From Octopus vulgaris (taxonomy: Eukaryota): a DNA stretch of 64,000 nucleotides. The notes beneath the pieces are model-generated. The model was not told the origin of the DNA and did not search any database. It was given only the letters and a program-made list of their open reading frames with translations. This document shows positions 35,651-50,431 of this stretch, in pieces; positions within the stretch are counted from its first letter, which is position 1; each line of letters opens with the position of its first letter. The position numbers and the translations under genes were made by a program. Location of the stretch: NCBI GenBank assembly GCA_951406725.2, contig OX597838.1:43524001-43588000 (forward strand), written 5' to 3'.

Positions 35651-36966
35651 TACACACACACATACATACACACACACATACATACATACACACATACATA
35701 TACATACATACATACATATACATACATACATACACACACACACATACACACACACACAGTATTGAAGCTTGAGAACAATCAGATACATTTGCAACACATC
35801 TGTTGAAAATATTATTGTTCACACACATACATATACATATATACATACAGACAGACAGACAGATAGACACACACACACACACACACACACATGATCCAGC
35901 ATGGCCACAACCTCAAGGCTGAAACATATAAAAGAATAACAGAATATAAATGTGTGCAAAGTACAAGAAATATTAATGCAGTATATGGGGATTGGACAAT
36001 AAGCGTAAGGCAGTGTCAATGGTGGTTCCAGAAATCCCGAGCCATAAACTACAGCCTAGAAAACGAGCCTCATCCTGAAAGATCTGTAGAACTCGACAAG
36101 GACATCCTGAAAACCCTGGTGGAACAAAATATCATCGTAACTGTTGAGGAACTAGCAGAGAAGCTTGGATTTGGTCATTCAACCATTCATTGACACCTGT
36201 GTGCTATCGGAAAAGTCAGCAAATTGGGTCAATGGGTTCCTCACGAACTTTCCGAGTCTAATTGCATGCAGAGAGTGAATGTATGCTTTTCTTTGCTGTC
36301 ATATCTCACCACTACTGCGCTATGTATATCTATATATATAAAACTGTAGTTGTGTGAGTGTCTGTCCCCTTCGATTTAGATTCCTAACTACTCCCACATT
36401 TTGCGGTACAGTTTAACCAAATTCGGGTAGCTTATAGTCGTGATTCATATCGAGCCCGTCTGAATATTAGCGCGCGTCTACGATGAGTCTACGATTTTAA
36501 AAATAATTTAACATCATTTTTTATTCCATTTTAATGCATAATTTTTCGTGTGTCGATGGCGGCGGAGTTGGCGTCCACGCTCACACCTGCACCTGTGGGG
36601 AAGGGAGTGTAAGGAAATCAACGTCGTAATGCGTTGTCAAGGAGACCAGTGTTCTTTTAGAACAACGACTTCATGGCTTGAAGACACCAAAACAGAAATG
36701 GCTAAGAAAGCGTCTACGTGAGTCTACGATTTAAAAAAAAAATTTACCATCATTTTTTTTCCATTTTAATGCATTTTTTCGCTATTATATAAGGGAAGTA
36801 ACTCTCTAAAAATGTCTATGATGAGTCAACGATTTTTCAAAAAATTTACCATCATATTTTTTCCATTTTTAATGCATTTTTTGCTATTTTTTGGCTATAA
36901 CTCTCTAAAAATGCTTATATAGTTATTTCCCTTACAAACCCGAGCAACGCCGGGCGATACTGCTAG
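35184..36966 (+). mobile_element. Composite Helitron unit, copy 1 (5' end B + mariner relic + complete Helitron A)
   Basis: Starts TCTCTTATTATAAAAGGCAG; internal Helitron 36329-36966 (A|TC...CTAG|T, hairpin 36939-36954). Confidence 0.7.
35950..36305 (+). pseudogene. Mariner transposase N-terminal relic (four copies)
   Basis: RNINAVYG..ISVRQCQWWFQK..LENEPH..TVEELAEKLG..STIH*HL..GKVSKLGQWVPHEL (HTH plus WVPHEL). Other copies at about 41580-41935 (-), 43805-44165 (+) and 47135-47490 (-). Confidence 0.85.
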
Positions 36967-37069
36967 TATGTATATATATACATATATATATATGTATATA
37001 TATACATATATATATGTATATATATATATATATATGTATATATATACATCATCATCATCATCGTTTATA

Positions 37070-37214
<145 letters not shown>

Positions 37215-37670
37215 TAGCAGTATCGCCCGGCGTTGCTCGGGTTTGTAAGGGAAATAATTATATAAGCATTTTTAGAGATGTAAAGTATAATAGCCATCTC
37301 AATATGGCTAACCACAAAGGGGGAGGGTGTTACTGTAGCTTTTTACGTTCTGAGATTTAATAATAAATTTTAGAGAGTTACTTCCCTTATATATGTCAAA
37401 AATGGATTAAAAATGGGAAAAATTGATGGTAATTTTTTTTTTAAATCGTAGACTCATCGTAGACGCGCGCTAATACCCAGACGGTCTCGATATGAATCAC
37501 GACTATAAGATACCCGCTTTTGGTTAAACTGCACCGCAAAATGTGGGAGTAGTTAGGAATCTAAATCGTAGGAGACAGACACACAACCTCACTTTTATAT
37601 ATAAAGATTTCCTCTATTTACATAATATTGAGGTCTCTTTCTTTCTTTTGTTATCTTACTGTTTTTAACA

Positions 37671-37708
<38 letters not shown>

Positions 37709-39594
37709 GTATAAATAGTTACAGAGATGTACTTGCATAGCAAGTGACTTGATCTGAGATCGTGTGCTGGAACGAAAACAGTTGCAGCGTTGAAGGTGTT
37801 TATAAGCCATTTAAGAAACACACAAAAACCGTTAGATTCACTTCAACATTTAAATTTAATTTGTCAAAATATTTTCGTCGCTTTGAGACCGCGACCTGTT
37901 AGCACGATATTTTTGTCAGTGAACAGGTCGCGGTCTCAAAGCGACGAAAATATTTTGGCAAATGAAATTTAAATGTTGAAGTGAATGTAACGGTTTTTGT
38001 GTGTTTTTAAATGGCTTACAAACACCTTCCACGCTGCAATATATATATACACACATATATATATATGTATGTATGCATGTATGTGTGTGTGTGTGCGTGT
38101 CTGTGCTTGTGATTGTCCTCCACCACTGCTTGACAACGAATGTTGGTTTGTTTACATCCCTGTCACCTAGTGGAAACAGATAGAATAAGTACAATGCTTA
38201 CAAAAATAAAACTGGAGTTGATTCATTAAACTACAATTCTTCAAGGCATTGCCCCAGCATGGCCACAGACCAATGGCTGGAAAAAGCAGAAGAATAAAAG
38301 AATACATTCTCTGCTTTGGTCTTATGTTCAAGGCATAAGAAAGCTTGAGTTTACATGAGAAGGCCTAACAGACCTGGTAGAAACAGCAGCCAAATCTCCC
38401 TCAAATCACACCTTACTGTTTTATGTATGTATATATATATGAGCCAATGAGGGGCACCTCTACATGGTAGCTAGACCTGGTAGAAATAGCAGCCAAATTT
38501 CCCCCAAATCACACCTTACTGTCTTATCTATGTATATATGTATGTATGAGCCTATGAGGGAGACCCCTACATGGCAGCTAGACCTGGTAGAAATAGCAGC
38601 CAAATTTCCCCCAAATCACACCTTACTGTCTTATCTATGTATATATGTATGTATGAGCCTATGAGGGAGACCCCTACATGGCAGCTAGACCTGAGTAGAA
38701 ATAGCAGCCAAATTTCCCCCAAATCACACCTTACTGTCTTATCTATGTATATATGTATGTATGAGCCTATGAGGGAGACCCCTACATGGCAGCTAGACCT
38801 GGTAGAAATAGCAGCCAAATTTCCCCCAAATCACACCTTACTGTCTTATCTATGTATATATGTATGTATGAGCCTATGAGGAGACCCCTACATGGCAGCT
38901 AGACCTGGTAGAAATAGCAGCCAAATTTCCCCCAAATCACACCTTACTGTCTTATCTATGTATATATGTATGTATGAGCCAATGAGGGAGACCCCTACAT
39001 GGCAGCTAGACATGGTAGAAATAGCAGCCAAATCTCCCTCAAATCACACCTTACTGTCTTATCTTTCTGCTACTTGGATATAGGTATTATATTCGTCGTA
39101 AAAAAAGTTTCCTGTCACACACTCACGCACACGCACACACACACACACACACACGCACCCTCACACACACACACACGCGCACACCCACACCCACCCATTC
39201 ACACACACGCACGTTAGCTTACAATTTTATTTATATATTTGCGTGTCTGTGTGGAAAGAAGAAGTGGGAGGCAGAGTGAAAGAATCACTCACTACAGTAA
39301 GTCAATTAGTTTCGTTTTATTCGTTGCCCACTGTGTGTGTGCGTTTGCGTGTGGTGTAAACCAGACTAAGAAAAGCATTTGACACACACACCAGAATGTG
39401 AGTTTTCTGTAAATTTTGCTTAACTGGAGTTTAAATTTTAAAAACTGGAGCTGGCATGACGCAATGCATTGTACTCTTAAAAATGCAAGGTAAATTGTAA
39501 TTGAAGAAATCCTATATTGTAGATTTGTATAACTCCCAAAGGGAGGCAGATAAAATCTGCCTTTTATAATAAGAGATATATATATGTACATATA

Positions 39595-40832
39595 TCTCTT
39601 ATTATAAAAGGCAGATTTTATCTGCCTCCACTTTGGGAGTTATACAAATCTACAATATAGGATTTCTTCAATTACAATTTACCTGGCAATTTTAAAATTG
39701 CAATGCATCGGCGTCATGCCAGGTCAATTTTTAAAATTTAAACTCCAATTAAGCAAAATTTACAGAAAATCACATTCTATTGTGTGTGTCAAATGCTTTT
39801 CTTAGTCTGGTTTACACCACACGCAAACGCACACACACACAAAGGGAGCTAATTGTTTCACTGACGCTATCACCCTTCTCCACCTTTGTCTTTGCAAGTT
39901 GGCAGCTATTAAAGTGAAAACAGTGAATCCGACAGCGATAAAGAAAACGAATTGGTACCTGAATGGAGTGAAAATTTAAAAACTGTTTCTTTCGGTGAGT
40001 TTTCTGAAGAAACTGGACCAAGCCACAGACTTTCCCAGAAGAGTAAAGCCTTAGACTATTTCTATTTACTTTTTTTAGAATGAGCCTATTTGAAATCATT
40101 ACGCTAAACGTAAACAAACCGAAAGAAAGGATAGTTTGTTATTTCCCACAATCTTAAATGAAATTAAGGCCTATTTTGCCATAAATATTATTATGGGTAT
40201 CAGAAAGTTACCCAGAATAACAAATTCTATCGTAAAATGTTGTTGTATACCCAATTGAATATTAGCTAATAACCCATTTTCTATAGCGATTGTTTGAACA
40301 AAATTAATAATTTTACAGAAAGTTACCCAGAATAACAAAATCGTAAAATTATACCCAATTGAATATTAGCTAATAACCCATTTTCTATAGCGATGTTTGA
40401 ACAAAATTTTAATAATTTTACAGAAAGTTACTCAGAATAACAAATTCTATCGTAAAATTTTGTTGTATACCCAATTGAATATTAGCTAATAACCCATTTT
40501 CTATAGCGATGTTTGAACAAAATTTTAATAATTTTACAGAAAGTTACAGAATAACAAACGAGCCCTTCTGGGTATTAGCGCGCGTCTACGATGAGTCTAC
40601 GATTTAAAAAAAAATTACCATCATATTTTTCCATTTTAATGCATTTTTTTCGCTTTTATATAAGGGAAGTAACTCTCTAAAAATATCTACGATGTGTCAA
40701 CGATTTAAAGAAAAATTTACCTTAATTTTTTTTCAATTTTTAATGCATTTTTTGCTACTTTTTGGCTATAACTCTCTAAAAATGCTTATATAGTTATTTC
40801 CCTTACAAACCCGAGCAACGCCAGGCGATACT
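39595..40832 (+). mobile_element. Longer Helitron B with internal ~110-120-bp tandem repeats
   Basis: Same 5' end as the composite unit; three cagaaagttacccagaataac units at 40201-40555; shared 3' hairpin, terminal CTAG lost into (TA)n. Confidence 0.65.
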
Positions 40833-40918
40833 ATATATATATATATATATGTACATATATATATACTATATATATATATGTACATATATATATATATATA
40901 TGTACATATATATATATA

Positions 40919-41991
40919 CTAGCAGTATCGCCATATATATATATATATATATGTTTGTAAGGGAAATAACTATATAAGCATTTTTAGAGAGTTATAGCAA
41001 AAAGTGCAACGCATTAAAAATGGAAAAATATGATGGTAAATTTTTTTTTAAATCGTTGACTCATCGTAGACATTTTTATGAGAGTTACTTCCCTTATATA
41101 ATAGCGAAAAAATGCATTAAAATGGAAAAAAAACGATGGTAAATTTTTTTTTAAATCGTAGACTCATGTAGACGCTTTCTTAGCCATTTCTGTTTTGGTG
41201 TCTTCAAGCCATGAAGTCGTTGTTCTAAAAGAACACTGGTCTCCTTGACAACGCATTACGACGTTGATTTCCTTACACTCCCTTCCCCACAGGTGCAGGT
41301 GTGAGCGTGGACGCCAACTCCGCCGCCATCGACACACGAAAAATTATGCATTAAAATGGAATAAAAAATGATGTTAAATTATTTTTAAAATCGTAGACTC
41401 ATCGTAGACGCGCGCTAATATTCAGACGGGCTCGATATGAATCACGACTATAAGCTACCCGAATTTGGTTAAACTGTACCGCAAAATGTGGGAGTAGTTA
41501 GGAATCTAAATCGAAGGGGACAGACACTCACACAACTACAGTTTTATATATATAGATATACATAGCGCAGTAGTGGTGAGATATGACAGCAAAGAAAAGC
41601 ATACATTCACTCTCTGCATGCAATTAGACTCGGAAAGTTCGTGAGGAACCCATTGACCCAATTTGCTGACTTTTCCGATAGCACACAGGTGTCAATGAAT
41701 GGTTGAATGACCAAATCCAAGCTTCTCTGCTAGTTCCTCAACAGTTACGATGATATTTTGTTCCACCAGGGTTTTCAGGATGTCCTTGTCGAGTTCTACA
41801 GATCTTTCAGGATGAGGCTCGTCTTCTAGGCTGTAGTTTATGGCTCGGGATTTCTGGAACCACCATTGACACTGCCTTACGCTTATTGTCCAATCCCCAT
41901 ATACTGCATTAATATTTCTTGTACTTTGCACACATTTATATTCTGTTATTCTTTTATATGTTTCAGCCTTGAGGTTGTGGCCATGCTGGAT

Positions 41992-42022
<31 letters not shown>

Positions 42023-42713
42023 CTATCTGTCTGTCTGTCTGTATGTATATATGTATATGTATGTGTGTGAACAATAATATTTTCAACAGATGTGTTGCAA
42101 ATGTATCTGATTGTTCTCAAGCTTCAATACTGTGTGTGTGTGTATGTATGTATGTATATGTATGTATGTATGTATATGTATGTATATGTATGTATGTATG
42201 TATGTATGTGTGTATGTATGTATGTGTGTGTGTATGTATGTGTGTGTATGTGTGTATGTATGTATGTATGTATGTATGTATGTATGTATGTATGTATGTT
42301 TACTTTATTACTAATTACTCTCTTCCAAGAACATTTTCACTCACTCTTAGCTCTTAGCTTCCCATACATTTTACTCATGTATCTATCAGCGTCATAGACA
42401 GAATACTTTCACTTTAGTCTTCCTCAAATCACTCTGTCGCTATTTACTTTCATTTTATTCGTTGCCCACTGTGTGTGTGCGTTTGCGTGTGGTGTAAACC
42501 AGACTAAGAAAAGCATTTGACACACACACCAGAATGTGAGTTTTCTGTAAATTTTGCTTAATTGGAGTTTAAATTTTAAAAACTGGACCTGGCATGACGC
42601 GATGCATTGTACTCTCAAAAATGCTAGGTAAATTGTAATTGAAGAAATCCTATATTGTAGATTTGTATAACTCCCAAAGGGAGGCAGATAAAATCTGCCT
42701 TTATAATAAGAGA
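40919..42713 (-). mobile_element. Composite Helitron unit, copy 2
   Basis: Reverse complement of 35184-36966. Confidence 0.75.
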
Positions 42714-42735
42714 TATATATATATACATATATATA

Positions 42736-42772
<37 letters not shown>

Positions 42773-42844
42773 TATATATATGTACATATATATATATACA
42801 TATATATAAAATCTGCCTTTTATAATAAGATATATATATATATA

Positions 42845-42886
<42 letters not shown>

Positions 42887-42976
42887 TATATATATGTACA
42901 TATATATAAAATCTGCCTTTTATAATAAGATATATATATATATGTACATATATATATATATATGTACATATATATA

Positions 42977-43447
42977 TCTCTTATTATAAAAGGCAGATTT
43001 TATCTGCCTCCCTTTGGGAGTTATACAAATCTACAATATAGGATTTCTTCAATTACAATTTACCTAGCATTTTTGAGAGTACAATGCATCGTGTCATGCC
43101 AGGTCCAGTTTTTAAAATTTAAACTCCAATTAAGCAAAATTTACAGAAAACTCACATTCTGGTGTGTGTGTCAAATGCTTTTCTTAGTCTGGTTTACACC
43201 ACACGCAAACGCACACACACAGTGGGCAACGAATAAAATGAAAGTAAATAGCGACAGAGTGATTTGAGGAAGACTAAAGTGAAAGTATTCTGTCTATGAC
43301 GCTGATAGATACATGAGTAAAATGTATGGGAAGCTAAGAGCTAAGAGTGAGTGAAAATGTTCTTGGAAGAGAGTAATTAGTAATAAAGTAAACATACACT
43401 CATACATACATACATACATACATACATACATACATACATACATACAT

Positions 43448-43499
<52 letters not shown>

Positions 43500-44815
43500 A
43501 CACATACATACACACACACATACATACATACACACATACATACATACATACATACATATACATACATACATACACATACATACATACATACACACACACA
43601 TACACACACACACAGTATTGAAGCTTGAGAACAATCAGATACATTTGCAACACATCTGTTGAAAATATTATTGTTCACACACATACATATACATATATAC
43701 ATACAGACAGACAGACAGATAGACACACACACACACACACACACATGATCCAGCATGGCCACAACCTCAAGGCTGAAACATATAAAAGAATAACAGAATA
43801 TAAATGTGTGCAAAGTACAAGAAATATTAATGCAGTATATGGGGATTGGACAATAAGCGTAAGGCAGTGTCAATGGTGGTTCCAGAAATCCTGAGAGCCA
43901 TAAACTACAGCCTAGAAGACGAGCCTCATCCTGAAAGATCTGTAGAACTCGACAAGGACATCCTGAAAACCCTGGTGGAACAAAATATCATCGTAACTGT
44001 TGAGGAACTAGCAGAGAAGCTTGGATTTGGTCATTCAACCATTCATTGACACCTGTGTGCTATCGGAAAAGTCAGCAAATTGGGTCAATGGGTTCCTCAC
44101 GAACTTTCCGAGTCTAATTGCATGCAGAGAGTGAATGTATGCTTTTCTTTGCTGTCATATCTCACCACTACTGCGCTATGTATATCTATATATATAAAAC
44201 TGTAGTTGTGTGAGTGTCTGTCCCCTTCGATTTAGATTCCTAACTACTCCCACATTTTGCGGTACAGTTTAACCAAATTCGGGTAGCTTATAGTCGTGAT
44301 TCATATCGAGCCCGTCTGAATATTAGCGCGCGTCTACGATGAGTCTACGATTTTAAAAATAATTTAACATCATTTTTTATTCCATTTTAATGCATAATTT
44401 TTCGTGTGTCGATGGCAGCGGAGTTGGCGTCCACGCTCACACCTGCACCTGTGGGGAAGGGAGTGTAAGGAAATCAACGTCGTAATGCGTTGTCAAGGAG
44501 ACCAGTGTTCTTTTAGAACAACGACTTCATGGCTTGAAGACACCAAAACAGAAATGGCTAAGAAAGCGTCTACATGAGTCTACGATTTAAAAAAATTTAC
44601 CATCGTTTTTTTCCATTTTAATGCATTTTTTTCGCTATTATATAAGGGAAGTAACTCTCTAAAAATGTCTACGATGAGTCAACGATTTAAAAAAATTTAC
44701 CATCATATTTTTCCATTTTTAATGCATTTTTTGCTATTTTTTGGCTATAACTCTCTAAAAATGCTTATATAGTTATTTCCCTTACAAACCCGAGCAACGC
44801 CGGGCGATACTGCTA
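42977..44815 (+). mobile_element. Composite Helitron unit, copy 3
   Basis: Near-identical to 35184-36966. Confidence 0.75.
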
Positions 44816-44872
44816 TATATATATATATATATGTACATATATATATATATATATATATGTACATATATATAT

Positions 44873-46412
44873 ATAAAATAAAACATGATGCGAAAGGATT
44901 CAGCGGTACATATGTTTCGGGCCTTTATTAGACAGATTTATAACAATGCATAATGTATCTGTGGCCTTCTTCAGCGCACAACAGCTTCCGCAAGGACATG
45001 TGTTACATCAAAATTCTTGGTTAGGGGATGCAAATCCTCTCATCCACGTACGACATAATGCGGCAGCAGCATAGAATTGAAGCGTCCATCTCTTTCTTCT
45101 TCAATGTAGAATGAGGAAAATTGGATGTTGAGGTAATGTAAATAAATAAATACATATATAGAGGTGAAGATGGAGGGGCGAGAACTGACGAGGATAAAAA
45201 TGTATAAAAAGTGTAAGTATAGAATAATATAAAAATGTAGAGGATAAAGAGTTGTAAGGAGATGTAAAGGTATAAAGAAATATAAAGAAATGTAAATAAA
45301 TGTAAAGGCATAAGGTTATAAAGTAAAAATAGAAATAGAAATAAAAATAAAATAAATAGAAATAAAAGTAAAAAAATCTGATAAAACCATGATAAAAGTG
45401 TAAAAGAATGTAAAGATAAGGATGTATAGAGGTTACGGACCAAGCATGGTGGTCAGGAGATTGATAAAATTTAGTTGTAGAATTGTCAGTAAATCAACAG
45501 TAAATCAACAGTTTCGTCTGGGGACTTAATGCGTTGTAAATCAGAGCTGATGAGCATTTAATCTGGTTCCTTGAATTAAAAGGACGTGTTTAAACGCGAG
45601 TGCGTGTGTATGCTTATATGCTTGGAGGCGTATATGTACGCGTGTATGTGGGTGTATGTATCCATGATGATATGTATGTACCAGAAGTCCATTTAATTCA
45701 AGGAACCAGATTAAATGCTCATCAGCTCTGATTTACAACGCATTAAGTCCCCAGACGAAACTGTTGATTTACTGTTGATTTACTGACAATTCTACAACTA
45801 AATTTTATCAATCTCCTGACCACCATGCTTGGTCCGTAACCTCTATACATCCCTTATCTTTACATTCTTTTACACTTTTATCATGGTTTTATCAGATTTT
45901 TTTACTTTTATTTCTATTTATTTTTATTTTTATTTCTATTTCTATTTTTACTTTATAACCTTATGCCTTTACATTTATTTACATTTCTTTATATTTCTTT
46001 ATACCCCTTTACATCTCCTTACAACTCTTTATCCTCTACATTTTTATATTATTCTATACTTACACTTTTTATACATTTTTTATCCCTCGTCCCGAACTCT
46101 CGCCCCTCCATCTTCACCTCTATATATGTATTTATTTATTTACATTACCTCAACATCCAATTTTCCTCATTCTACATTGAGAGAAGAAAGAGATGGACGC
46201 TTCAATTCTATGCTGCTGCCGCATTATGTCGTACGTGGATGAGAGGATTTGCATCCCCAACCAAGAATTTTTGATGTAACACATGTCCTTGCGGAAGCTG
46301 TTGTGCGCGGCTGAAGAAGGCCACAGACATACATTATGCATTGTTATAAATCTGTCTAATAAAGGCCCGAAACATATGTACCGCTGAATCCTTCGCATCA
46401 TGTTTTTATTTT
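44873..46412. mobile_element. Penelope-type fold-back, ~710-bp arms with ~100-bp spacer
   Basis: About 44873-45585 is inverted relative to 45686-46412; an HHR lies near each outer end; a third partial plus copy with a 3' extension is at about 48597-49148. Confidence 0.75.
46307..46384 (+). ncRNA. Hammerhead ribozyme with extended stem II (copies at 48959-49036 plus and 44903-44977 minus)
   Basis: GCGG-CTGAAGA-A-GGCC-(~41 nt)-GGCC-C-GAAA-CATATG-TA-CCGC; palindromic stem III ACATATGT; GUA triplet. Confidence 0.75.
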
Positions 46413-46428
46413 ATATATATATATGTAC

Positions 46429-46475
<47 letters not shown>

Positions 46476-47798
46476 CTAGCAGTATCGCCCGGCGTTGCTC
46501 GGGTTTGTAAGGGAAATAACTATATAAGCATTTTTAGAGAGTTATAGCCAAAAAATAGCAAAAAATGCATTAAAAATGGAAAAAATATGATGGTAAATTT
46601 TTTTTTAAATCGTTGACTCATCGTAGACATTTTTAGAGAGTTACTTCCCTTATATAATAGCGAAAAAATGCATTAAAATGGAAAAAAAACGATGGTAAAT
46701 TTTTTTTTAAATCGTAGACTCATGTAGACGCTTTCTTAGCCATTTCTGTTTTGGTGTCTTCAAGCCATGAAGTCGTTGTTCTAAAAGAACACTGGTCTCC
46801 TTGACAACGCATTACGACGTTGATTTCCTTACACTCCCTTCCCCACAGGTGCAGGTGTGAGCGTGGACGCCAACTCCGCCGCCATCGACACACGAAAAAT
46901 TATGCATTAAAATGGAATAAAAAATGATGTTAAATTATTTTTAAAATCGTAGACTCATCGTAGACGCGCGCTAATATTCAGACGGGCTCGATATGAATCA
47001 CGACTATAAGCTACCCGAATTTGGTTAAACTGTACCGCAAAATGTGGGAGTAGTTAGGAATCTAAATCGAAGGGGACAGACACTCACACAACTACAGTTT
47101 TATATATATAGATATACATAGCGCAGTAGTGGTGAGATATGACAGCAAAGAAAAGCATACATTCACTCTCTGCATGCAATTAGACTCGGAAAGTTCGTGA
47201 GGAACCCATTGACCCAATTTGCTGACTTTTCCGATAGCACACAGGTGTCAATGAATGGTTGAATGACCAAATCCAAGCTTCTCTGCTAGTTCCTCAACAG
47301 TTACGATGATATTTTGTTCCACCAGGGTTTTCAGGATGTCCTTGTCGAGTTCTACAGATCTTTCAGGATGAGGCTCGTCTTCTAGGCTGTAGTTTATGGC
47401 TCGGGATTTCTGGAACCACCATTGACACTGCCTTACGCTTATTGTCCAATCCCCATATACTGCATTAATATTTCTTGTACTTTGCACACATTTATATTCT
47501 GTTATTCTTTTATATGTTTCAGCCTTGAGGTTGTGGCCATGCTGGATCATGTGTGTGTGTGTGTGTCTATCTGTCTGTCTGTCTGTATGTATATATGTAT
47601 ATGTATGTGTGTGAACAATAATATTTTCAACAGATGTGTTGCAAATGTATCTGATTGTTCTCAAGCTTCAATACTGTGTGTGTGTGTATGTGTGTGTGTG
47701 TGTATGTATGTATGTATATGTATGTATGTATGTATATGTATGTATGTATGTATGTATGTGTATGTATGTATGTGTGTGTGTATGTATGTGTGTGTGTA

Positions 47799-47831
<33 letters not shown>

Positions 47832-48301
47832 ATGTATGTATGTATGTATGTATGTATGTATGTATGTATGTATGTATGAGTGTATGTTTACTTTATTACT
47901 AATTACTCTCTTCCAAGAACATTTTCACTCACTCTTACTCTTAGCTTCCCATACATTTTACTCATGTATCTATCAGCGTCATAGACAGAATACTTTCACT
48001 TTAGTCTTCCTCAAATCACTCTGTCGCTATTTACTTTCATTTTATTCGTTGCCCACTGTGTGTGTGCGTTTGCGTGTGGTGTAAACCAGACTAAGAAAAG
48101 CATTTGACACACACACCAGAATGTGAGTTTTCTGTAAATTTTGCTTAATTGGAGTTTAAATTTTAAAAACTGGACCTGGCATGACACGATGCATTGTACT
48201 CTCAAAAACGCTAGGTAAATTGTAATTGAAGAAATCCTATATTGTAGATTTGTATAACTCCCAAAGGGAGGCAGATAAAATCTGCCTTTTATAATAAGAG
48301 A
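46476..48301 (-). mobile_element. Composite Helitron unit, copy 4
   Basis: Reverse complement of copy 3, sharing its private variants. Confidence 0.75.
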
Positions 48302-48309
48302 TATATATA

Positions 48310-48359
<50 letters not shown>

Positions 48360-48523
48360 TATATATATATCTCTTATTATAAAAGGCAGATTTTATATAT
48401 ATGTACATATATATATGTACATATATATATATATATATATATATGTACATATATATATATATATATCTTATTATAAAAGGCAGATTTTATATATATGTAC
48501 ATATATATATGTACATATATATA

Positions 48524-48563
<40 letters not shown>

Positions 48564-49143
48564 TATATATATATATCTCTTATTATAAAAGGCAGATTTT
48601 TACTTTATAACCTTATGCCTTTACATTTATTTACATTTCTTTATATTTCTTTATACCCCTTTACATCTCCTTACAACTCTTTATCCTCTACATTTTTATA
48701 TTATTCTATACTTACACTTTTTATACATTTTTTATCCCTCGTCCCGAACTCTCGCCCCTCCATCTTCACCTCTATATATGTATTTATTTATTTACATTAC
48801 CTCAACATCCAATTTTCCTCATTCTACATTGAGAGAAGAAAGAGATGGACGCTTCAATTCTATGCTGCTGCCGCATTATGTCGTACGTGGATGAGAGGAT
48901 TTGCATCCCCAACCAAGAATTTTTGATGTAACACATGTCCTTGTGGAAGCTGTTGTGCGCGGCTGAAGAAGGCCACAGACATACATTATGCATTGTTATA
49001 AATCTGTCTAATAAAGGCCCGAAACATATGTACCGCTGAATCCTTCGCATCATGTTTTTATTTTATTTTGATCAATTTACTCCACCACCTACACCACCAA
49101 ACGGTATACACAGGTGCTTATAATTATCAAGTACTCACCCCGA

Positions 49144-49212
<69 letters not shown>

Positions 49213-49375
49213 TATATATATATATACATATATACATATATATATATATATATGTACATATATACATATATATATATATATATGTACATATATACATATA
49301 TATATATATATATGTACATATATACATATATATATATATATGTACATATATACATATATATATATATATATGTAC

Positions 49376-49406
<31 letters not shown>

Positions 49407-49499
49407 CATATATACATATATATATATATATATGTACATATATACATATATATATATATGTACATATATACATATATATATATATGTACATATATACAC

Positions 49500-49530
<31 letters not shown>

Positions 49531-49560
49531 TATATACATATATATATATATATGTACATA

Positions 49561-49625
<65 letters not shown>

Positions 49626-50063
49626 CTATATATAAACGGCAGTTTGTCTGTGCGTGTTTCTGTGTGTCTGTTTTCTCGTACCCTCACTCTGACCACGGCT
49701 TTCAACCGATTCTGATGAAACTTGGCACACACATAGCCCAATGTCATAATTCAAAACTAACGCAGCGAAAATTTTGAAAAGTTCCCCCAGTTCTGAAAAA
49801 AATCGATAAATTCGACATGGGGTCGAGAATCTGAAACCCAAACCACAGACCGTCTAGGGGACGCAACTCCACCTTTTTTAATCCTCAAAAAAAATTTACC
49901 ATCATTTTTTTTCCATTTTTTTGCTATTTTTTGGCTATAACTCTCTAAAAATGCTTTATAGTTATTTCCCTTACAAACCTGAGCAACGCCGGGCGATACT
50001 GCTAGTATATATATAAATATATATATATATTTATGTGTGTGACACCGAAAGAAGCCCATTGTG

Positions 50064-50094
<31 letters not shown>

Positions 50095-50301
50095 TTGTTT
50101 GTGCCTGTTTGTCCTCCCCACCATTGCTTGACAACCAATGTTGGTGTGTTTACATCCCTGTTACTTAGCAGCTCGGCAAAAGAGACTAATAAAATAAGTA
50201 CTAGGCTTACAAAGAATAAGTCCTGGGGTCGATTTGTTTGACTTAAACCCCTTAAAGTAGTGGTCTAGCATAGGCACAGTTAGATGGTTGAAACAAGTAA
50301 A

Positions 50302-50349
<48 letters not shown>

Positions 50350-50388
50350 ATTTACTTGTTTCTGTCATTGGACTGTGGCCATGCTGGA

Positions 50389-50431
<43 letters not shown>

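Noticed and set aside
45745-45772. GTC-CCCA-GAC-GAAAC as an additional HHR
   Set aside because: No in-register core box or stem I upstream.
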